The notes: generated from the sequence alone by a model not told the origin. A stretch of DNA of 64,000 bases from Candidatus Curtissbacteria bacterium (GCA_016198325.1 JACQIV010000015.1:1423-65422); one strand, 5' to 3'. Positions 46,733-58,325 are shown, counted from the stretch's first letter. Made by a program: numbers and translations.

Positions 46733-48724
46733 ATGAAATTCAAATTAACATCCGACTATAAACCGACAGGAGACCAACCTCAAGCAATCGAAAGCCTAAC
46801 CGAGGGTTTAAAAAAAGGATATAAAAACCAAACACTCCTTGGCGTAACAGGATCCGGGAAAACTTTTACGGTGGCAAACGTAATTCAAAACATTCAAAAA
46901 GCCACACTAATTATTTCACATAATAAAACTCTTGCTGCCCAACTTTATCAGGAATTCCGAGAATTTTTTCCGGAAAATGCAGTCAGTTACTTTGTTTCTT
47001 ACTATGATTACTATCAGCCTGAAGCATATCTGCCAACGACCGATACCTACATCGAAAAAGAAACGGAAGTAAACGAAGAAATTGATAAGCTAAGGCTCGC
47101 AGCAACGACAGCACTCGCAACCAGAAAAGATGTAATTGTCGTTGCCTCCGTTTCAGCTATTTACAACTTGGGTCCGCCACAAGAATACCAAAACGCAAGG
47201 ATATATTTGGAAGTTGGAGATAACTGGTCAAGGACCGGACTCCTCAAAAGCTTAGCACGTATCCAATATGAAAGAAATGATAGTGAATTCATAAGAGGAA
47301 CATATAGGGTTAGAGGAAGTGCAATCGATATTTATCCTGCATACGAAAATAACGGAATCAGACTTTTGTTTACAGGGGAAAAACTAACAAACATAGAAAT
47401 AATCCATCCCGTTTCCGGTGAAATTCAAAAGAAGGTAAACTCACTGGCCATATATCCGGCAAAACACTATATTGCATCGGAAGAATCAAAAGAAGGCGCA
47501 TTAAAATCAATAGAAAAAGAGCTGGAATTTAGATTGAAAGAACTACATAAAATGAAAAAATTACTCGAAGAACATCGTCTACGGGAAAGAACAAAATACG
47601 ACATGGAAATGATAAAAACTCTAGGTTATTGCAAAGGTATTGAAAATTACTCCAGGCATTTTGACGGGAGGAAACCTGGTGACCCTCCGTTTAGTTTATT
47701 TGAGCACCTTCCTAAAGATTTCCTATTGGTAATAGATGAATCACATATGACAATTCCTCAGATCCATGGAATGTATAACGGCGACAGGGCAAGAAAAGAA
47801 ATGCTGGTTGATTTTGGTTTCCGACTTCCTTCTGCTTACGACAATCGGCCCTTAAAATATGAGGAATACGTAAGAAAGATTAATCAGGTAATCTATTCTT
47901 CGGCAACCCCTGCACCTTACGAATTGTCAGTTTCCGGGCAAGTCGTCGAGCAACTGGTAAGGCCAACAGGGCTTTTAGACCCAACGATAACGGTAAAACC
48001 AACAGAGGGTCAGATCGACGATTTGATAAAAGAAATAGAAAAGAAAATTAAAAAAAGTCAGCGGGTACTTGTTACAACATTAACCAAACGGATGGCAGAG
48101 GAACTTTCAAATTATCTTTCGGAAAAAAATGTTAAAGTTCAGTATTTACATTCGGAAGTCCAGACCTTGGATAGGACAGATATTCTCGATGATCTTCGCC
48201 TGGGTAATTATGATGTTCTTGTAGGTATTAATTTACTCAGAGAAGGCTTAGATCTTCCCGAAGTCACACTAGTGGCAATATTAGATGCGGATAAAGAAGG
48301 ATTTTTAAGAAGCGGAACAGCTCTAATCCAAACAATGGGAAGAGCGGCGCGGCATGTTGACGGGGAAGTCGTATTGTATGCAGATACCGTAACACACTCG
48401 ATGCAAAAAGCCATAGACGAGGTGGAAAGGCGAAGGAAAATACAGATAGACTTCAACAACAAATACGGAATCAGTCCGAAGACCATCGAAAAGCCGATAA
48501 GAGAAAAACTAGTTGACCGCGAAAAAATTTACGAAGACGACAAGAAAATATTCCAAGACCAGGTCATCAGCAAGACTCTTGAAAGAGCCCTAACAGGGAA
48601 TTTGCTACCAGAAGATAAAAGCAAATTAATACGTGTTCTTAACAGGGAGATGAAAGAGGCAGTAAGGATACTGGATTTTGAGCGGGCAGCAATACTCCGG
48701 GACCAAATTTTACAGTTAAAATAG
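46733..48724 (+). CDS. uvrB: Excinuclease ABC subunit B
   Basis: LLGVTGSGKT, YYDYYQPEAY, DESH, GRAAR. Confidence 0.98.
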   Translation: MKFKLTSDYKPTGDQPQAIESLTEGLKKGYKNQTLLGVTGSGKTFTVANVIQNIQKATLIISHNKTLAAQLYQEFREFFPENAVSYFVSYYDYYQPEAYLPTTDTYIEKETEVNEEIDKLRLAATTALATRKDVIVVASVSAIYNLGPPQEYQNARIYLEVGDNWSRTGLLKSLARIQYERNDSEFIRGTYRVRGSAIDIYPAYENNGIRLLFTGEKLTNIEIIHPVSGEIQKKVNSLAIYPAKHYIASEESKEGALKSIEKELEFRLKELHKMKKLLEEHRLRERTKYDMEMIKTLGYCKGIENYSRHFDGRKPGDPPFSLFEHLPKDFLLVIDESHMTIPQIHGMYNGDRARKEMLVDFGFRLPSAYDNRPLKYEEYVRKINQVIYSSATPAPYELSVSGQVVEQLVRPTGLLDPTITVKPTEGQIDDLIKEIEKKIKKSQRVLVTTLTKRMAEELSNYLSEKNVKVQYLHSEVQTLDRTDILDDLRLGNYDVLVGINLLREGLDLPEVTLVAILDADKEGFLRSGTALIQTMGRAARHVDGEVVLYADTVTHSMQKAIDEVERRRKIQIDFNNKYGISPKTIEKPIREKLVDREKIYEDDKKIFQDQVISKTLERALTGNLLPEDKSKLIRVLNREMKEAVRILDFERAAILRDQILQLK

Positions 48725-48781
48725 AAAAAATGGATTATCTTTCCCGTCTACGGGATGAAATGTAAATGAAAGGTTAAAAAT

Positions 48782-51691
48782 ATGATAGACAAAATAAAAG
48801 TAAAAGGCGCTCGTGTCCATAACCTCAAAAACATAAGTGTTGAGATTCCCAAAAATAAACTTGTAGTATTTACCGGTATTTCCGGCTCCGGTAAATCATC
48901 GCTTGCCTTCGATACTATTTATGCCGAAGGACAACGACGCTATGTAGAGTCACTTGCGTCTTATGCAAGACAATTCCTTGGAGTCATGGACAAACCCGAC
49001 GTGGATCTGATAGAAGGGCTTTCCCCGGCAATCTCCATAGACCAGAAATCCACATCCAGAAACCCGCGTTCAACCGTGGGCACAATTACAGAGATTTATG
49101 ACTACCTTAGACTCCTGTTCGCACGAATCGGGCATCCGCATTGCCCCGTTTGTGGCCGCGAAATATCTCACCAGTCACCTCAGCAGATTGTTGATGAAAT
49201 ACAAAAACTAAATGACCCCGGTTCAAAGAAACCAACAAGAATTGTCATACTTGCACCCGTTGTAAAAGATAGAAAAGGTGAATTTAAAGAACTTTTTCGT
49301 GATATTGCAAAAAAAGGATTTAAACAAGTCAGGGTCGATGGGCAAATTAAGGACATAGGTGACGATTTTGTACTTATTAAAACCAATAAACATTCAATCG
49401 AGGTAGTTATCGATAAATTGACAATTCCGGCCGAAAAACCAAGGCTTACCGAATCCGTCGAACAGGGCCTTAAACATGCAGATGGCAACATTTATGTTGG
49501 GGAAATACTGGATAAGACTTTCGGAATACCCGAGTATCCCCTAGAACTAAAGGTGCATCTTTTTTCTGAAAAATTTACATGCCCAATCGATAATATATCT
49601 CTGCCAGAAATAGAGCCCAGAAGTTTTTCTTTTAATTCGCCCCACGGAGCATGTCCGGCATGTAACGGTTTAGGAGCAATCAGGCGAGTGGATGAGGGAC
49701 TTATAATTAATTCGGTTCTTTCTATTGCAGAAGGTGCGATTTTGCCGTGGGCTCGAATTATAGAGTCCGACACATGGTCCTGGCGTGTACTTGAGGGAGT
49801 AGCAAAGCAGAACAATATCCAAATCGATGAGCCCTTTGGGAGCCTTAGCGAAGAAGCTAAAAGTTTGATTCTTCGCGGGGATTCCAAAACTTATCGCATA
49901 AAAGGTCCCAACAGATATGGAAAGTTAGTAACAATTAATACTAATTTTGAAGGAGTTATTCCTGGTCTCGAAAGAAGATATTCCCAAACGGACTCAGACT
50001 TCGTACGGGGGGAAATTGAAAAATTTATGAGGCAGGATATTTGCGAGAATTGCAGCGGAACAAGACTTAAAAAGGAGGTTTTATCGGTAACCGTAAACAA
50101 AAGACCAATATCCGAAGTTTCGACTCTTTCAATAAGTGAGCTTCATAATTGGCTAAAGAACCTCTCGGATAACGAAAAAAACATTCTCTCCGAAAGAGAA
50201 ACGCAAATTTCAAAGCCCATATTTAAAGAACTAATATCAAGGGTTAATTTCCTTTTGGATGTTGGTCTTGAATATCTGACTATTAACCGTTCCGCGTCGA
50301 CACTTGCCGGTGGAGAGGCACAAAGAATCCGGCTTGCTTCACAAATTGGTTCCGGACTGTCCGGAGTCTTATATGTCCTGGATGAACCATCAATTGGTTT
50401 GCATCAAAGAGACAACAACAGGTTGATAACTACATTAAAAAAATTAAGGGACTTACAAAACACGGTTATCGTAGTCGAGCACGATAAAGATATGATGATG
50501 GAAGCCGATGAAATCTTGGATTTTGGGCCGGGGGCGGGAGAACATGGGGGAAGAATAATTGCTCAGGGGACTCCGACACAAATACTTAAAAACCCGAACT
50601 CATTAACTGCGAAATACTTGACAGGTAAAAAAAATATAAATCTTAAAAACGGAAAAAACGGGGGAGTTTATTTGTCATCAATTGCCAAATCCCTTGATAA
50701 TAAAACGCTGACCATTTTTGGCGCAAAAGAGCACAACCTTAAAAGAATAAATGTTAACTTTCCGCTTGGAAAGTTGATTTGCGTTACTGGCGTTTCCGGA
50801 TCCGGAAAATCTACCCTGGTTCACGATATCCTGTATAGGACTTTGGCAAGAGAATTTTACAGGTCGAAAGAAAAGCCGGGCAGCCATACAGCGATTTCCG
50901 GAGAAGAAAATCTTGATAAGGTAATTTTAATCGACCAATCACCTATTGGCAGGACTCCTAGGTCAAACCCGGCAACTTACACGGGTGTTTTTACTTATAT
51001 CCGTGACATTTTCTCAAAAACCATGGACGCAAGAATTCGTGGTTATAAACCGGGAAGATTTTCTTTCAATGTTAAGGGCGGAAGATGTGAATCTTGCGAG
51101 GGTGAAGGGCAGGTAAAAATTGAGATGCAATTTTTACCGGATGTGTATGTTGATTGTGAAGTTTGTCAGGGAAAAAGATACAACGAGCAAGCATTAGAAA
51201 TTCACTATAAGGGGAAAAATATTGCAGACGTTCTAAGTATGACAGCCGAAGAAGCCTTAAGTTTTTTTGAAAACATACCGCAAATTAAAAACAAACTTTT
51301 AACAATTTATGACGTAGGTCTTGGATATATTCATTTAGGCCAGCCGGCTCCTACATTATCCGGAGGGGAAGCTCAAAGAGTTAAGTTGGCAACAGAACTA
51401 TCTAAAAAAGCCACTGGTAAAACTTTATACATTCTCGACGAACCAACAACCGGTTTGCATTTTGCCGACATAGAAAGGCTTCTTTTAATTCTGCAAAGAT
51501 TGGTAGCGCAGGGAAATTCCGTAGTGGTGATCGAGCATAACTTGGATGTTGTTAAAAACGCTGATTGGATAATAGACCTTGGCCCCGAAGGAGGCGATGG
51601 AGGAGGGGAAGTAGTAGCAGTCGGAACCCCCTATGATATTTCCAAGTCCCCGAAATCCTATACGGGACAATTCTTAAGTAAGATTTTATAG
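48782..51691 (+). CDS. uvrA: Excinuclease ABC subunit A
   Basis: Two Walker A motifs (SGSGKSS, SGSGKST), zinc fingers, LSGGEAQR. Confidence 0.98.
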   Translation: MIDKIKVKGARVHNLKNISVEIPKNKLVVFTGISGSGKSSLAFDTIYAEGQRRYVESLASYARQFLGVMDKPDVDLIEGLSPAISIDQKSTSRNPRSTVGTITEIYDYLRLLFARIGHPHCPVCGREISHQSPQQIVDEIQKLNDPGSKKPTRIVILAPVVKDRKGEFKELFRDIAKKGFKQVRVDGQIKDIGDDFVLIKTNKHSIEVVIDKLTIPAEKPRLTESVEQGLKHADGNIYVGEILDKTFGIPEYPLELKVHLFSEKFTCPIDNISLPEIEPRSFSFNSPHGACPACNGLGAIRRVDEGLIINSVLSIAEGAILPWARIIESDTWSWRVLEGVAKQNNIQIDEPFGSLSEEAKSLILRGDSKTYRIKGPNRYGKLVTINTNFEGVIPGLERRYSQTDSDFVRGEIEKFMRQDICENCSGTRLKKEVLSVTVNKRPISEVSTLSISELHNWLKNLSDNEKNILSERETQISKPIFKELISRVNFLLDVGLEYLTINRSASTLAGGEAQRIRLASQIGSGLSGVLYVLDEPSIGLHQRDNNRLITTLKKLRDLQNTVIVVEHDKDMMMEADEILDFGPGAGEHGGRIIAQGTPTQILKNPNSLTAKYLTGKKNINLKNGKNGGVYLSSIAKSLDNKTLTIFGAKEHNLKRINVNFPLGKLICVTGVSGSGKSTLVHDILYRTLAREFYRSKEKPGSHTAISGEENLDKVILIDQSPIGRTPRSNPATYTGVFTYIRDIFSKTMDARIRGYKPGRFSFNVKGGRCESCEGEGQVKIEMQFLPDVYVDCEVCQGKRYNEQALEIHYKGKNIADVLSMTAEEALSFFENIPQIKNKLLTIYDVGLGYIHLGQPAPTLSGGEAQRVKLATELSKKATGKTLYILDEPTTGLHFADIERLLLILQRLVAQGNSVVVIEHNLDVVKNADWIIDLGPEGGDGGGEVVAVGTPYDISKSPKSYTGQFLSKIL

Positions 51692-51774
51692 TTTGCTTTA
51701 TAAGCCTAAGAAAAAAGGCAAAGTGAAATCACTGGCTGTTAGGGTTTGGTCTATTTATTCTAAAATAAAACAAA

Positions 51775-53661
51775 GTGAAATTTCTGTTCGTAACAATTTT
51801 TACTTTAATAGTACTTGTATCCTTTAAGCTCTACTACCCGCAAAATGTTTACGCAGAAGGTGAATTCGAAACGGATTACCAGGTCCAGTATACGATTCTT
51901 GAAAGTGGTAAAACACAAGTTTCTGAAGATATTATCCTCAAGAACAAAACCGCAAACTACTACGCAGACAAATTTGAACTCAAAATAGGCTCAACAAAAG
52001 TCTCAGAAGTCAGGGCATCCGACCGGGTCGGTCCAATGCAAGCGGATGTAAAGTTTGAAAATAATATTACGACAATTACGGTCAAGTTCAACGAGCGGGT
52101 TATTGGACTTGATAAGACACTGCCATGGAAACTGGCATACTCGTCCCAGGAACTGGCAACAAAATCCGGGCAAATATGGGAAGTCTCCATTCCGCGACTG
52201 GCTAAAAATTCGGATATTGGCAAGTACGAAGCAAGTGTTGCGACCCCTGTTACGTTTGGCCCGAACGCATTCGCTTACCCAACACCTCTAGAAACTTTAA
52301 GGCAGGGAAGAAACCAAGTTTATTCATTTAACAAAGAACAGCTAACTACTTCCGGCATCTCAATGTCTTTTGGGGAAAAACAAGTATTTGAGTATACGCT
52401 TAACTATTACTTATACAACAAAAACGTAACGGCACAAATTCAGGAAATTACACTGCCACCGGATAATAACTACCAAAAAGTTGTCTTAAGCTCTATAGAA
52501 CCTCCTCCCGTCGACGTCATCCTGGATAGTGATTCAAATTATGTTGCAAAATATAGGCTTGGCCCAAAGTCGGGACTAAATATAGCCGTAAAGGGATACG
52601 TTGAAGTTTTTAGTAAGCCCTCCCGTAATATAGACAATAACTTATCAGCTCAAGAGCGTAAAAAATACACATCACCACAAAAATACTGGGAAATAGATTC
52701 CCCGGAAATAAGGGATAAGGCAAGTGACCTAAAAAGCCCGCAGGAAATTTACGATTTCGTTTCAAATTATTTAACTTACAGTGAACAAAAGTTGAACCAA
52801 AAAAATATCGAACGACTCGGGGCACTGGCAGCATACACGAATCCGCGTGAGGCAGTTTGCATGGAATTTACTGATTTATTCATTGCACTCGCACGGGCAA
52901 AAGGTATCCCTGCACGTGAAGTCGTAGGGTATGCATATACGCAGAATTCCCGCCTTAGACCACTTTCATTCGAAACGCAGGGAGACCTGTTGCATGCATG
53001 GCCGGAATATTGGGATGATAAATTAGGTTGGGTACAGATAGATCCAACTTGGGCATCAACATCCGGAGGACTGGATTATTTCAATAAACTGGACTTCAAC
53101 CATATCACCTTAATTCAACGCGGGACATCCTCAACGGCTCCGTTACCAGCTGGTTCTTATAAAAAGGAGGAAGACCAGGGGAAAAAATACGTGTATGTTT
53201 CGTTTGCAACCAGTTTGCCGATTGTAACTGCGACTCCGCAGATCGAAATAGATGCACCTCAAAAAATAATCTCCGGAGTCCCGACTAATATTAAGGCATC
53301 TATCCGCAACATTGGGTCTTCTGCAATAGTACCGACTAACCTTTTGCTTGAAACAACGACATTAAAAATTACATCCGAAAATCCCAAGAAGGTTGAAGTA
53401 ATGCCACCTTTTTCTAAAAGGGAAATAGAATTTAAGGTCCAAAGCAGTGGATATTTGGCGAAAAAAGACGAAACCTTAGTGCTAACCTTCGGCGAAGTAC
53501 AGGCGTCAAAAAACGTTTCCATAATCCCTTTTTATTATCTTGCAATTTCTCCATCGTTTATGGCTACAATCAGCCTTTCTGCACTAATAATAATTTTTGG
53601 CCTTCTTCTTTATAACAAACTTCACAAAAAGAAGATCAAACTTCCCCATCATTTACAGTAA
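51775..53661 (+). CDS. Exported/membrane-anchored transglutaminase-like protein
   Basis: Signal/TM; AVCMEFTDLF, LHAWPEY, IDPTW (Cys-His-Asp); C-terminal TM. Confidence 0.88.
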   Translation: MKFLFVTIFTLIVLVSFKLYYPQNVYAEGEFETDYQVQYTILESGKTQVSEDIILKNKTANYYADKFELKIGSTKVSEVRASDRVGPMQADVKFENNITTITVKFNERVIGLDKTLPWKLAYSSQELATKSGQIWEVSIPRLAKNSDIGKYEASVATPVTFGPNAFAYPTPLETLRQGRNQVYSFNKEQLTTSGISMSFGEKQVFEYTLNYYLYNKNVTAQIQEITLPPDNNYQKVVLSSIEPPPVDVILDSDSNYVAKYRLGPKSGLNIAVKGYVEVFSKPSRNIDNNLSAQERKKYTSPQKYWEIDSPEIRDKASDLKSPQEIYDFVSNYLTYSEQKLNQKNIERLGALAAYTNPREAVCMEFTDLFIALARAKGIPAREVVGYAYTQNSRLRPLSFETQGDLLHAWPEYWDDKLGWVQIDPTWASTSGGLDYFNKLDFNHITLIQRGTSSTAPLPAGSYKKEEDQGKKYVYVSFATSLPIVTATPQIEIDAPQKIISGVPTNIKASIRNIGSSAIVPTNLLLETTTLKITSENPKKVEVMPPFSKREIEFKVQSSGYLAKKDETLVLTFGEVQASKNVSIIPFYYLAISPSFMATISLSALIIIFGLLLYNKLHKKKIKLPHHLQ

Positions 53662-53674
53662 AATTACCAAATCT

Positions 53675-54931
53675 GTGTTAAGAGTTAATGAAATAAAAAA
53701 ATTACCGGAAAGTCCCGGCGTCTATATTTTCTTTGATAATAATCGCGTTATTTACGTCGGAAAGTCAATTTCAATAAAAAAAAGGGTCGCTTCTTATTTT
53801 AATTCAAAGAACCTCGGACCGAAAACAAGCATGCTCGTTTCAAAAATTGCAAGTATTGACTATCTTAAAGTTTTTTCGGAATTTGAAGCGCTCCTTCTGG
53901 AAACCGAACTTATAAGAAAATACAAACCGTTTTTTAACATACAGGCAAAGGACGATAAGAGCCCACTTTATATAAAAATATCAGCCGGCGAAGTTCCAAT
54001 CATAGAAATCGCAAGAAAGCAGATCAAAAAAAGTGGCGATTTTCTTGTTGGGCCTTTTCCTTCGGCCAAAACTGCAAGGGAAGTCATGCGTTTAGTCAGA
54101 CGTATATTTCCTTATTGTCACCATAAAAAAGCGCCGAAAAAATGCTTATACGTACATTTGGGTCTGTGTCCATATCCCTATGCTTCGGAAGAAGCGAAAG
54201 AAAAATATATAAAAGACATATACAGAATAAAAAAGTTTTTATCGGGCAAGAGTAAATTAGTAGTGAACCAATTAATTATTCAAATGCGTCAATTTGCACA
54301 AAGACAAATGTTCGAAGAGGCGGGTTTGCTTAAAAAGCAAATAGAAAAAATTGAATACTTATTAACTACTTACCACACTCCGAGAGAATTTCTAGAAACA
54401 CCGACGCTGGTTGATGACCTGACTCAGCTGAGGTTAAAGGATATTAAAGAAAAATTAGAACTTGAAAAAATACCAAAAAAAATAGAATGTTACGACATCT
54501 CCAATTTTCAAGGGAAACACGCAACGGGTTCGATGATTGTATTTATAAACGGTCACCCCGAAAAAAGGGAGTACCGCAGGTTCAAAATAAAGTATTCTAA
54601 AAAACCCGATGATTACGAAATGATAAGGGAGGTATTGGCAAGACGGTTCAAAAATGATTGGTCAACTCCGGATCTTGTCATCATAGATGGCGGTCGGGGT
54701 CAGTTGAACGCTGCATTGTCAGTTACGATCAAATACAAAGTCAATGTCCCTATAGTGTCACTTGCTAAAAGACGAGAAGAAATATATATACCTACGAGAG
54801 TTATGCCTATTTCCCTGACAAAAGAAAGCCCGGCAAGGCAATTAGTACAGGCATTGCGGGACGAAGCACACAGGTTCGCAATTTCCTATCACAGGCTTCT
54901 CAGGTCGCGGGCATTTATTGTCAAAACGTGA
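53675..54931 (+). CDS. uvrC: Excinuclease ABC subunit C (short form)
   Basis: PGVY...IYVGKS (GIY-YIG), ECYDISN, IDGGRGQL, RDEAHRFA; GTG 53675 preferred. Confidence 0.92.
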   Translation: MLRVNEIKKLPESPGVYIFFDNNRVIYVGKSISIKKRVASYFNSKNLGPKTSMLVSKIASIDYLKVFSEFEALLLETELIRKYKPFFNIQAKDDKSPLYIKISAGEVPIIEIARKQIKKSGDFLVGPFPSAKTAREVMRLVRRIFPYCHHKKAPKKCLYVHLGLCPYPYASEEAKEKYIKDIYRIKKFLSGKSKLVVNQLIIQMRQFAQRQMFEEAGLLKKQIEKIEYLLTTYHTPREFLETPTLVDDLTQLRLKDIKEKLELEKIPKKIECYDISNFQGKHATGSMIVFINGHPEKREYRRFKIKYSKKPDDYEMIREVLARRFKNDWSTPDLVIIDGGRGQLNAALSVTIKYKVNVPIVSLAKRREEIYIPTRVMPISLTKESPARQLVQALRDEAHRFAISYHRLLRSRAFIVKT

Positions 54932-54985
54932 TGTTGCAGTAAGTCGCTTCCATATGACAAACTTTAGGGAAAGGTAATTTTTTCT

Positions 54986-55387
54986 ATGAAGCATTACATC
55001 AGAAAAGTAATTGTAACTGCAGTTTCTTTTTATGTCGCATATAGTCTTGTACCGACAATTTCTGTCGGCGCCGATCCTAAAAACTTGCTAATTGTCGTTG
55101 CAGGACTGGTAATTATCTCGCTGATTATAAACCCAATATTTTCCCTTGTCCTACTTCCTGTTAATCATTTAACGTTTGGTCTGTTGATGTTAATTCTAAA
55201 TATCGCCTTTATCTTCGCGCTTTTAAATTTCCTCCCGGGATTTTCTGTCGGAGCGTACGATTTTCCAGGGGCAAACGTACAAGGTGTAATTATTCCAGCC
55301 TTCTTTTTTAATGAGATCACTGCAATAATTCTTGTTGCAGTCATAATTACTCTAACTCAAAAAGTTTTTCATATAATTTTCGAATAA
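54986..55387 (+). CDS. YvlD-like 4-TM membrane protein (4TM holin family)
   Basis: INPI...LPVNHLTFGL pattern; uvr/yvcK context. Confidence 0.75.
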   Translation: MKHYIRKVIVTAVSFYVAYSLVPTISVGADPKNLLIVVAGLVIISLIINPIFSLVLLPVNHLTFGLLMLILNIAFIFALLNFLPGFSVGAYDFPGANVQGVIIPAFFFNEITAIILVAVIITLTQKVFHIIFE

Positions 55388-55426
55388 ATTTGCTAGCCTC
55401 GTCTTTTTAGAGGTAAGATAATCCCC

Positions 55427-56428
55427 ATGATAGGATCATTTTTAAGACACTATTTCGAAGTTCCGGAAAAGGTAGTTAAAGTTGTGTGTCTTGGGGGAGG
55501 TGTAGGAACCGCCCAGGTTCTAAAAGGTTTAAGATCGAGAAAGAACTTTGATTTAACGGCAGTTGTATCCATGGCGGATGACGGAGGTTCTGCAGGAAGG
55601 TTAAGGCGTGCGTTTTCTGTTCCTCCTCCCGGAGACATTGTCAATTGTCTTGCTGCACTTTCCGAGGAAGAATCGGTTCTTAAAGACCTTTTTGTATACC
55701 GTTTTGCCGGTGAAAGATACGGAAAAGATACTGACATAAGAGGCCAAAAACTTGGAAACCTTATTTTTGTAGCTTTAACGGATATATATAAAGGCGACAT
55801 AAATAAAGCATTAGTCGAGTTTTCCAAGATAGTATCAAGCAAGGGTCGTGTTTTGCCTGCAACTGTAGGCGATGTAAATATATGGGCATTAACCAAAAGC
55901 GATAAAAAAATTTACGGGGAAAAAAATATTGATCTTGGAAAATATAATGACGGAAATTCCTTAGAAGAGGTATTTTTGGATCCGAAAGATGCAAAAGCTT
56001 ACCCCCCGACTATTAAAGCGATCAACGAAGCCGATCTTATTATTGTCGGGCCGGGGGATTTATTTAGTACCGTCCTGCCGGTTATTATTGTCCAACAAGT
56101 AAAAATTGCCCTATTAAAATCTACCGCTAAAAAGATATTCATTGTGAATATTGCCAACAAGCCTTTCGAAACACCAAACTATAAGGTTTCCGACTTCATT
56201 CAAGCGTTAAAAAAACATCTGAGTAAGGATGTTTTTGATCTTTACCTTGTGAATGAAAATCGTGCTCCCATCATTCCTAAAAAATTAAAATATAAATACG
56301 TTGAACATGACGCCACAAAAGTTAAAACTGCCCACAAAGTATTGTTGGGGGATTTTGTAAACGCGGACTTTCCTCTTTATCATGACAGTGATAAGATAGC
56401 CAAGGCTGTCGTTCGAAATTTGAGATGA
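55427..56428 (+). CDS. yvcK: YvcK/GlmR (CofD-like) protein
   Basis: LGGGVG, ADDGGSAGRLR, PPGD, GPGDLFST. Confidence 0.9.
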   Translation: MIGSFLRHYFEVPEKVVKVVCLGGGVGTAQVLKGLRSRKNFDLTAVVSMADDGGSAGRLRRAFSVPPPGDIVNCLAALSEEESVLKDLFVYRFAGERYGKDTDIRGQKLGNLIFVALTDIYKGDINKALVEFSKIVSSKGRVLPATVGDVNIWALTKSDKKIYGEKNIDLGKYNDGNSLEEVFLDPKDAKAYPPTIKAINEADLIIVGPGDLFSTVLPVIIVQQVKIALLKSTAKKIFIVNIANKPFETPNYKVSDFIQALKKHLSKDVFDLYLVNENRAPIIPKKLKYKYVEHDATKVKTAHKVLLGDFVNADFPLYHDSDKIAKAVVRNLR

Positions 56429-56643
56429 AAAGTATACTATTGGTTTTACAAATAGCAATTGCCGCAGGACTCGTGGTTGTTGTCCTGCTACAGGCAGAAG
56501 GAACGGGGATTGGTTCTGTTTTTGGAGGGTCCGGGGGCTTTTACAGATCCAAAAGAGGCGTTGAAAAATTATTTCTTTATTTAACAATTATTCTTGCAAT
56601 ACTTTTATTGGCACTTTCTATCCTTCTGGTAGTAATTAAGTAG
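56425..56643 (+). CDS. secG: Preprotein translocase subunit SecG
   Basis: VLLQ..G.GIGSVFGG...RSKRGVEK. Confidence 0.9.
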   Translation: MKSILLVLQIAIAAGLVVVVLLQAEGTGIGSVFGGSGGFYRSKRGVEKLFLYLTIILAILLLALSILLVVIK

Positions 56644-58026
56644 ATGTATTTTGCAAATATCAGCCTCAGACGCTTTCGTTTTTGGTGGAGGTTAAGTACT
56701 GCGTATCTTACAAAGTATAGGCTTTGGATAATTGTAATTATCCTTGTTTTAACTACTATATTAGTAACCATTGGAAAAATTTGGACAAACGTGTCCCGTT
56801 CTAATCTTATTTCCATGGGTTATGTCGGGGTTTACACGCTGGAAAATATACCTGCCGAAATCTTGTATTTAGTTACGGACCCCTTAATTGTCACAGACCC
56901 CGCGGGTAAACCAAAAGGAGCACTTGCATCCCATTGGACAGTTTCAGAAGACGGTAAAAACTATGTAGTTTTTCTAAAAGACAATCTTTCGTGGCATGAC
57001 GTTTCAGAAGTTTCTGCAAAAGACCTATCAATTGCCATTCAAGGCGTTCAAATCACCGCGCTTAACAATAAAGCGATAGAATTTAAATTGCCGAATCCAA
57101 TTGCTTCGTTCCCTTTAATTCTGAATAAACCGGTTTTTAAATCAAAAACATTTTATGGGACTGGCGAATTTCGAATTGTAAATATCGAAAAAATAGGAGA
57201 TTCAGTCAAGAAAATTAGCCTTGTTCCTAAGAATAAACAACTGCCAAAAGTTGAAATTAAATTTTACGATAGACAGGAGCAGGCATTAAATGCTCTTCAA
57301 ATCGGAGAAATAAAAACCGCAAGTTTAACCAACTCGGCTTTTTTTGAAAATTGGCCGAATTTGGAAGTCGAAAAATCTACGGACTTTGGCGAGGAAATAG
57401 TAATATTTTTTGATAATAATGATAAAATCTTCTCCTCCAAAGAGCTTAGACAAGCGCTCACATATGCCATTAACCGCGAAAACCTTGAAGGTCACCTCTC
57501 TGACAGCCCTGTTTCGCCAAATTCCTGGGCGTACAACGATTCCCTCAAAAGATACGAGTATAATCCTGCAAAGGCAAGGGAACTACTTTCAAAGGCACAA
57601 ATTCAGCAAAAAATTGTACTTTCAACAACTGAAGACCTAAAGAATTTAGCTGAAAATATTGCGGAAGATTGGAGGTCAATTGGAGTTGATTGCGAAGTAA
57701 AAATAGAAAAGGAGATCCCTTCTAATTTTCAAGCTTTGTTGGCAGTTCAAAAACTTGGACAGGACCCGGATCAATACTCTCTTTGGCATTCAACCCAAAC
57801 TAAAACAAATATTACACGCTATAAAAACGTAAAAATAGACAAACTTCTCGAGGACGGAAGGGTTACTCAAGACGAAGCAAAAAGAAAGGAATTATATGCA
57901 GATTTCCAAAGATTCCTAACAGAAGACGCCCCGGCAGCCTTCCTTTATCACCCATACAAGTATAGGGTTACCTATAAAAACGCAAAAAGACTTCTCTCAA
58001 AGTTACCAAAAGAAAAAAACTTCTAA
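56644..58026 (+). CDS. ABC transporter substrate-binding protein, family 5 (OppA-like)
   Basis: LASHWTVSEDG, GTGEF, LRQALTYAINR, DPDQYSLWHS. Confidence 0.88.
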   Translation: MYFANISLRRFRFWWRLSTAYLTKYRLWIIVIILVLTTILVTIGKIWTNVSRSNLISMGYVGVYTLENIPAEILYLVTDPLIVTDPAGKPKGALASHWTVSEDGKNYVVFLKDNLSWHDVSEVSAKDLSIAIQGVQITALNNKAIEFKLPNPIASFPLILNKPVFKSKTFYGTGEFRIVNIEKIGDSVKKISLVPKNKQLPKVEIKFYDRQEQALNALQIGEIKTASLTNSAFFENWPNLEVEKSTDFGEEIVIFFDNNDKIFSSKELRQALTYAINRENLEGHLSDSPVSPNSWAYNDSLKRYEYNPAKARELLSKAQIQQKIVLSTTEDLKNLAENIAEDWRSIGVDCEVKIEKEIPSNFQALLAVQKLGQDPDQYSLWHSTQTKTNITRYKNVKIDKLLEDGRVTQDEAKRKELYADFQRFLTEDAPAAFLYHPYKYRVTYKNAKRLLSKLPKEKNF

Positions 58027-58208
58027 TCCCAGAATTTTGTTAAATCGGGGTGGGGTGATTGATCGACTTCCTTTCGCGGAATAACAGGACTTTGGACTCC
58101 GCCCTCCCAGATAATATCCTCCTTGACTCTCTCTACCCAAACTTCGTCTAACTGCTGCTCACCGACAAAATCAACAGGAGTAACACTGGTTGGTTCCCAT
58201 TCACCCAT
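58023..58208 (-). CDS. Small hypothetical protein (61 aa)
   Basis: ATG 58208 with TATACT 9 nt upstream. Confidence 0.45.
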   Translation of the reverse strand: MGEWEPTSVTPVDFVGEQQLDEVWVERVKEDIIWEGGVQSPVIPRKEVDQSPHPDLTKFWD

Positions 58209-58325
58209 AGGACTATCAGTATAAAAGTTTTTTTGCGGACAAATCAAGCCCCTACGCACCCTATTCTTAAGCGCAGTTTTAATAGAATCAAAAGAAATTT
58301 TGGTATAATTAACTTTCAAAAACAC

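Noticed and set aside
46683-48781. LexA box upstream of uvrB or uvrA
   Set aside because: No TTCGG-N6-TTYGG match seen in either upstream region
54986-55387. Holin indicating a prophage
   Set aside because: It is a YvlD-type membrane protein in a housekeeping uvr/yvcK context with no phage genes nearby
1149-57640. Numerous short antisense or alternate-frame ORFs in the track (e.g. 1149..1430, 4596..5075, 13587..13925, 49492..49887, 55450..55896)
   Set aside because: They fully overlap well-supported conserved genes and carry no recognisable motifs
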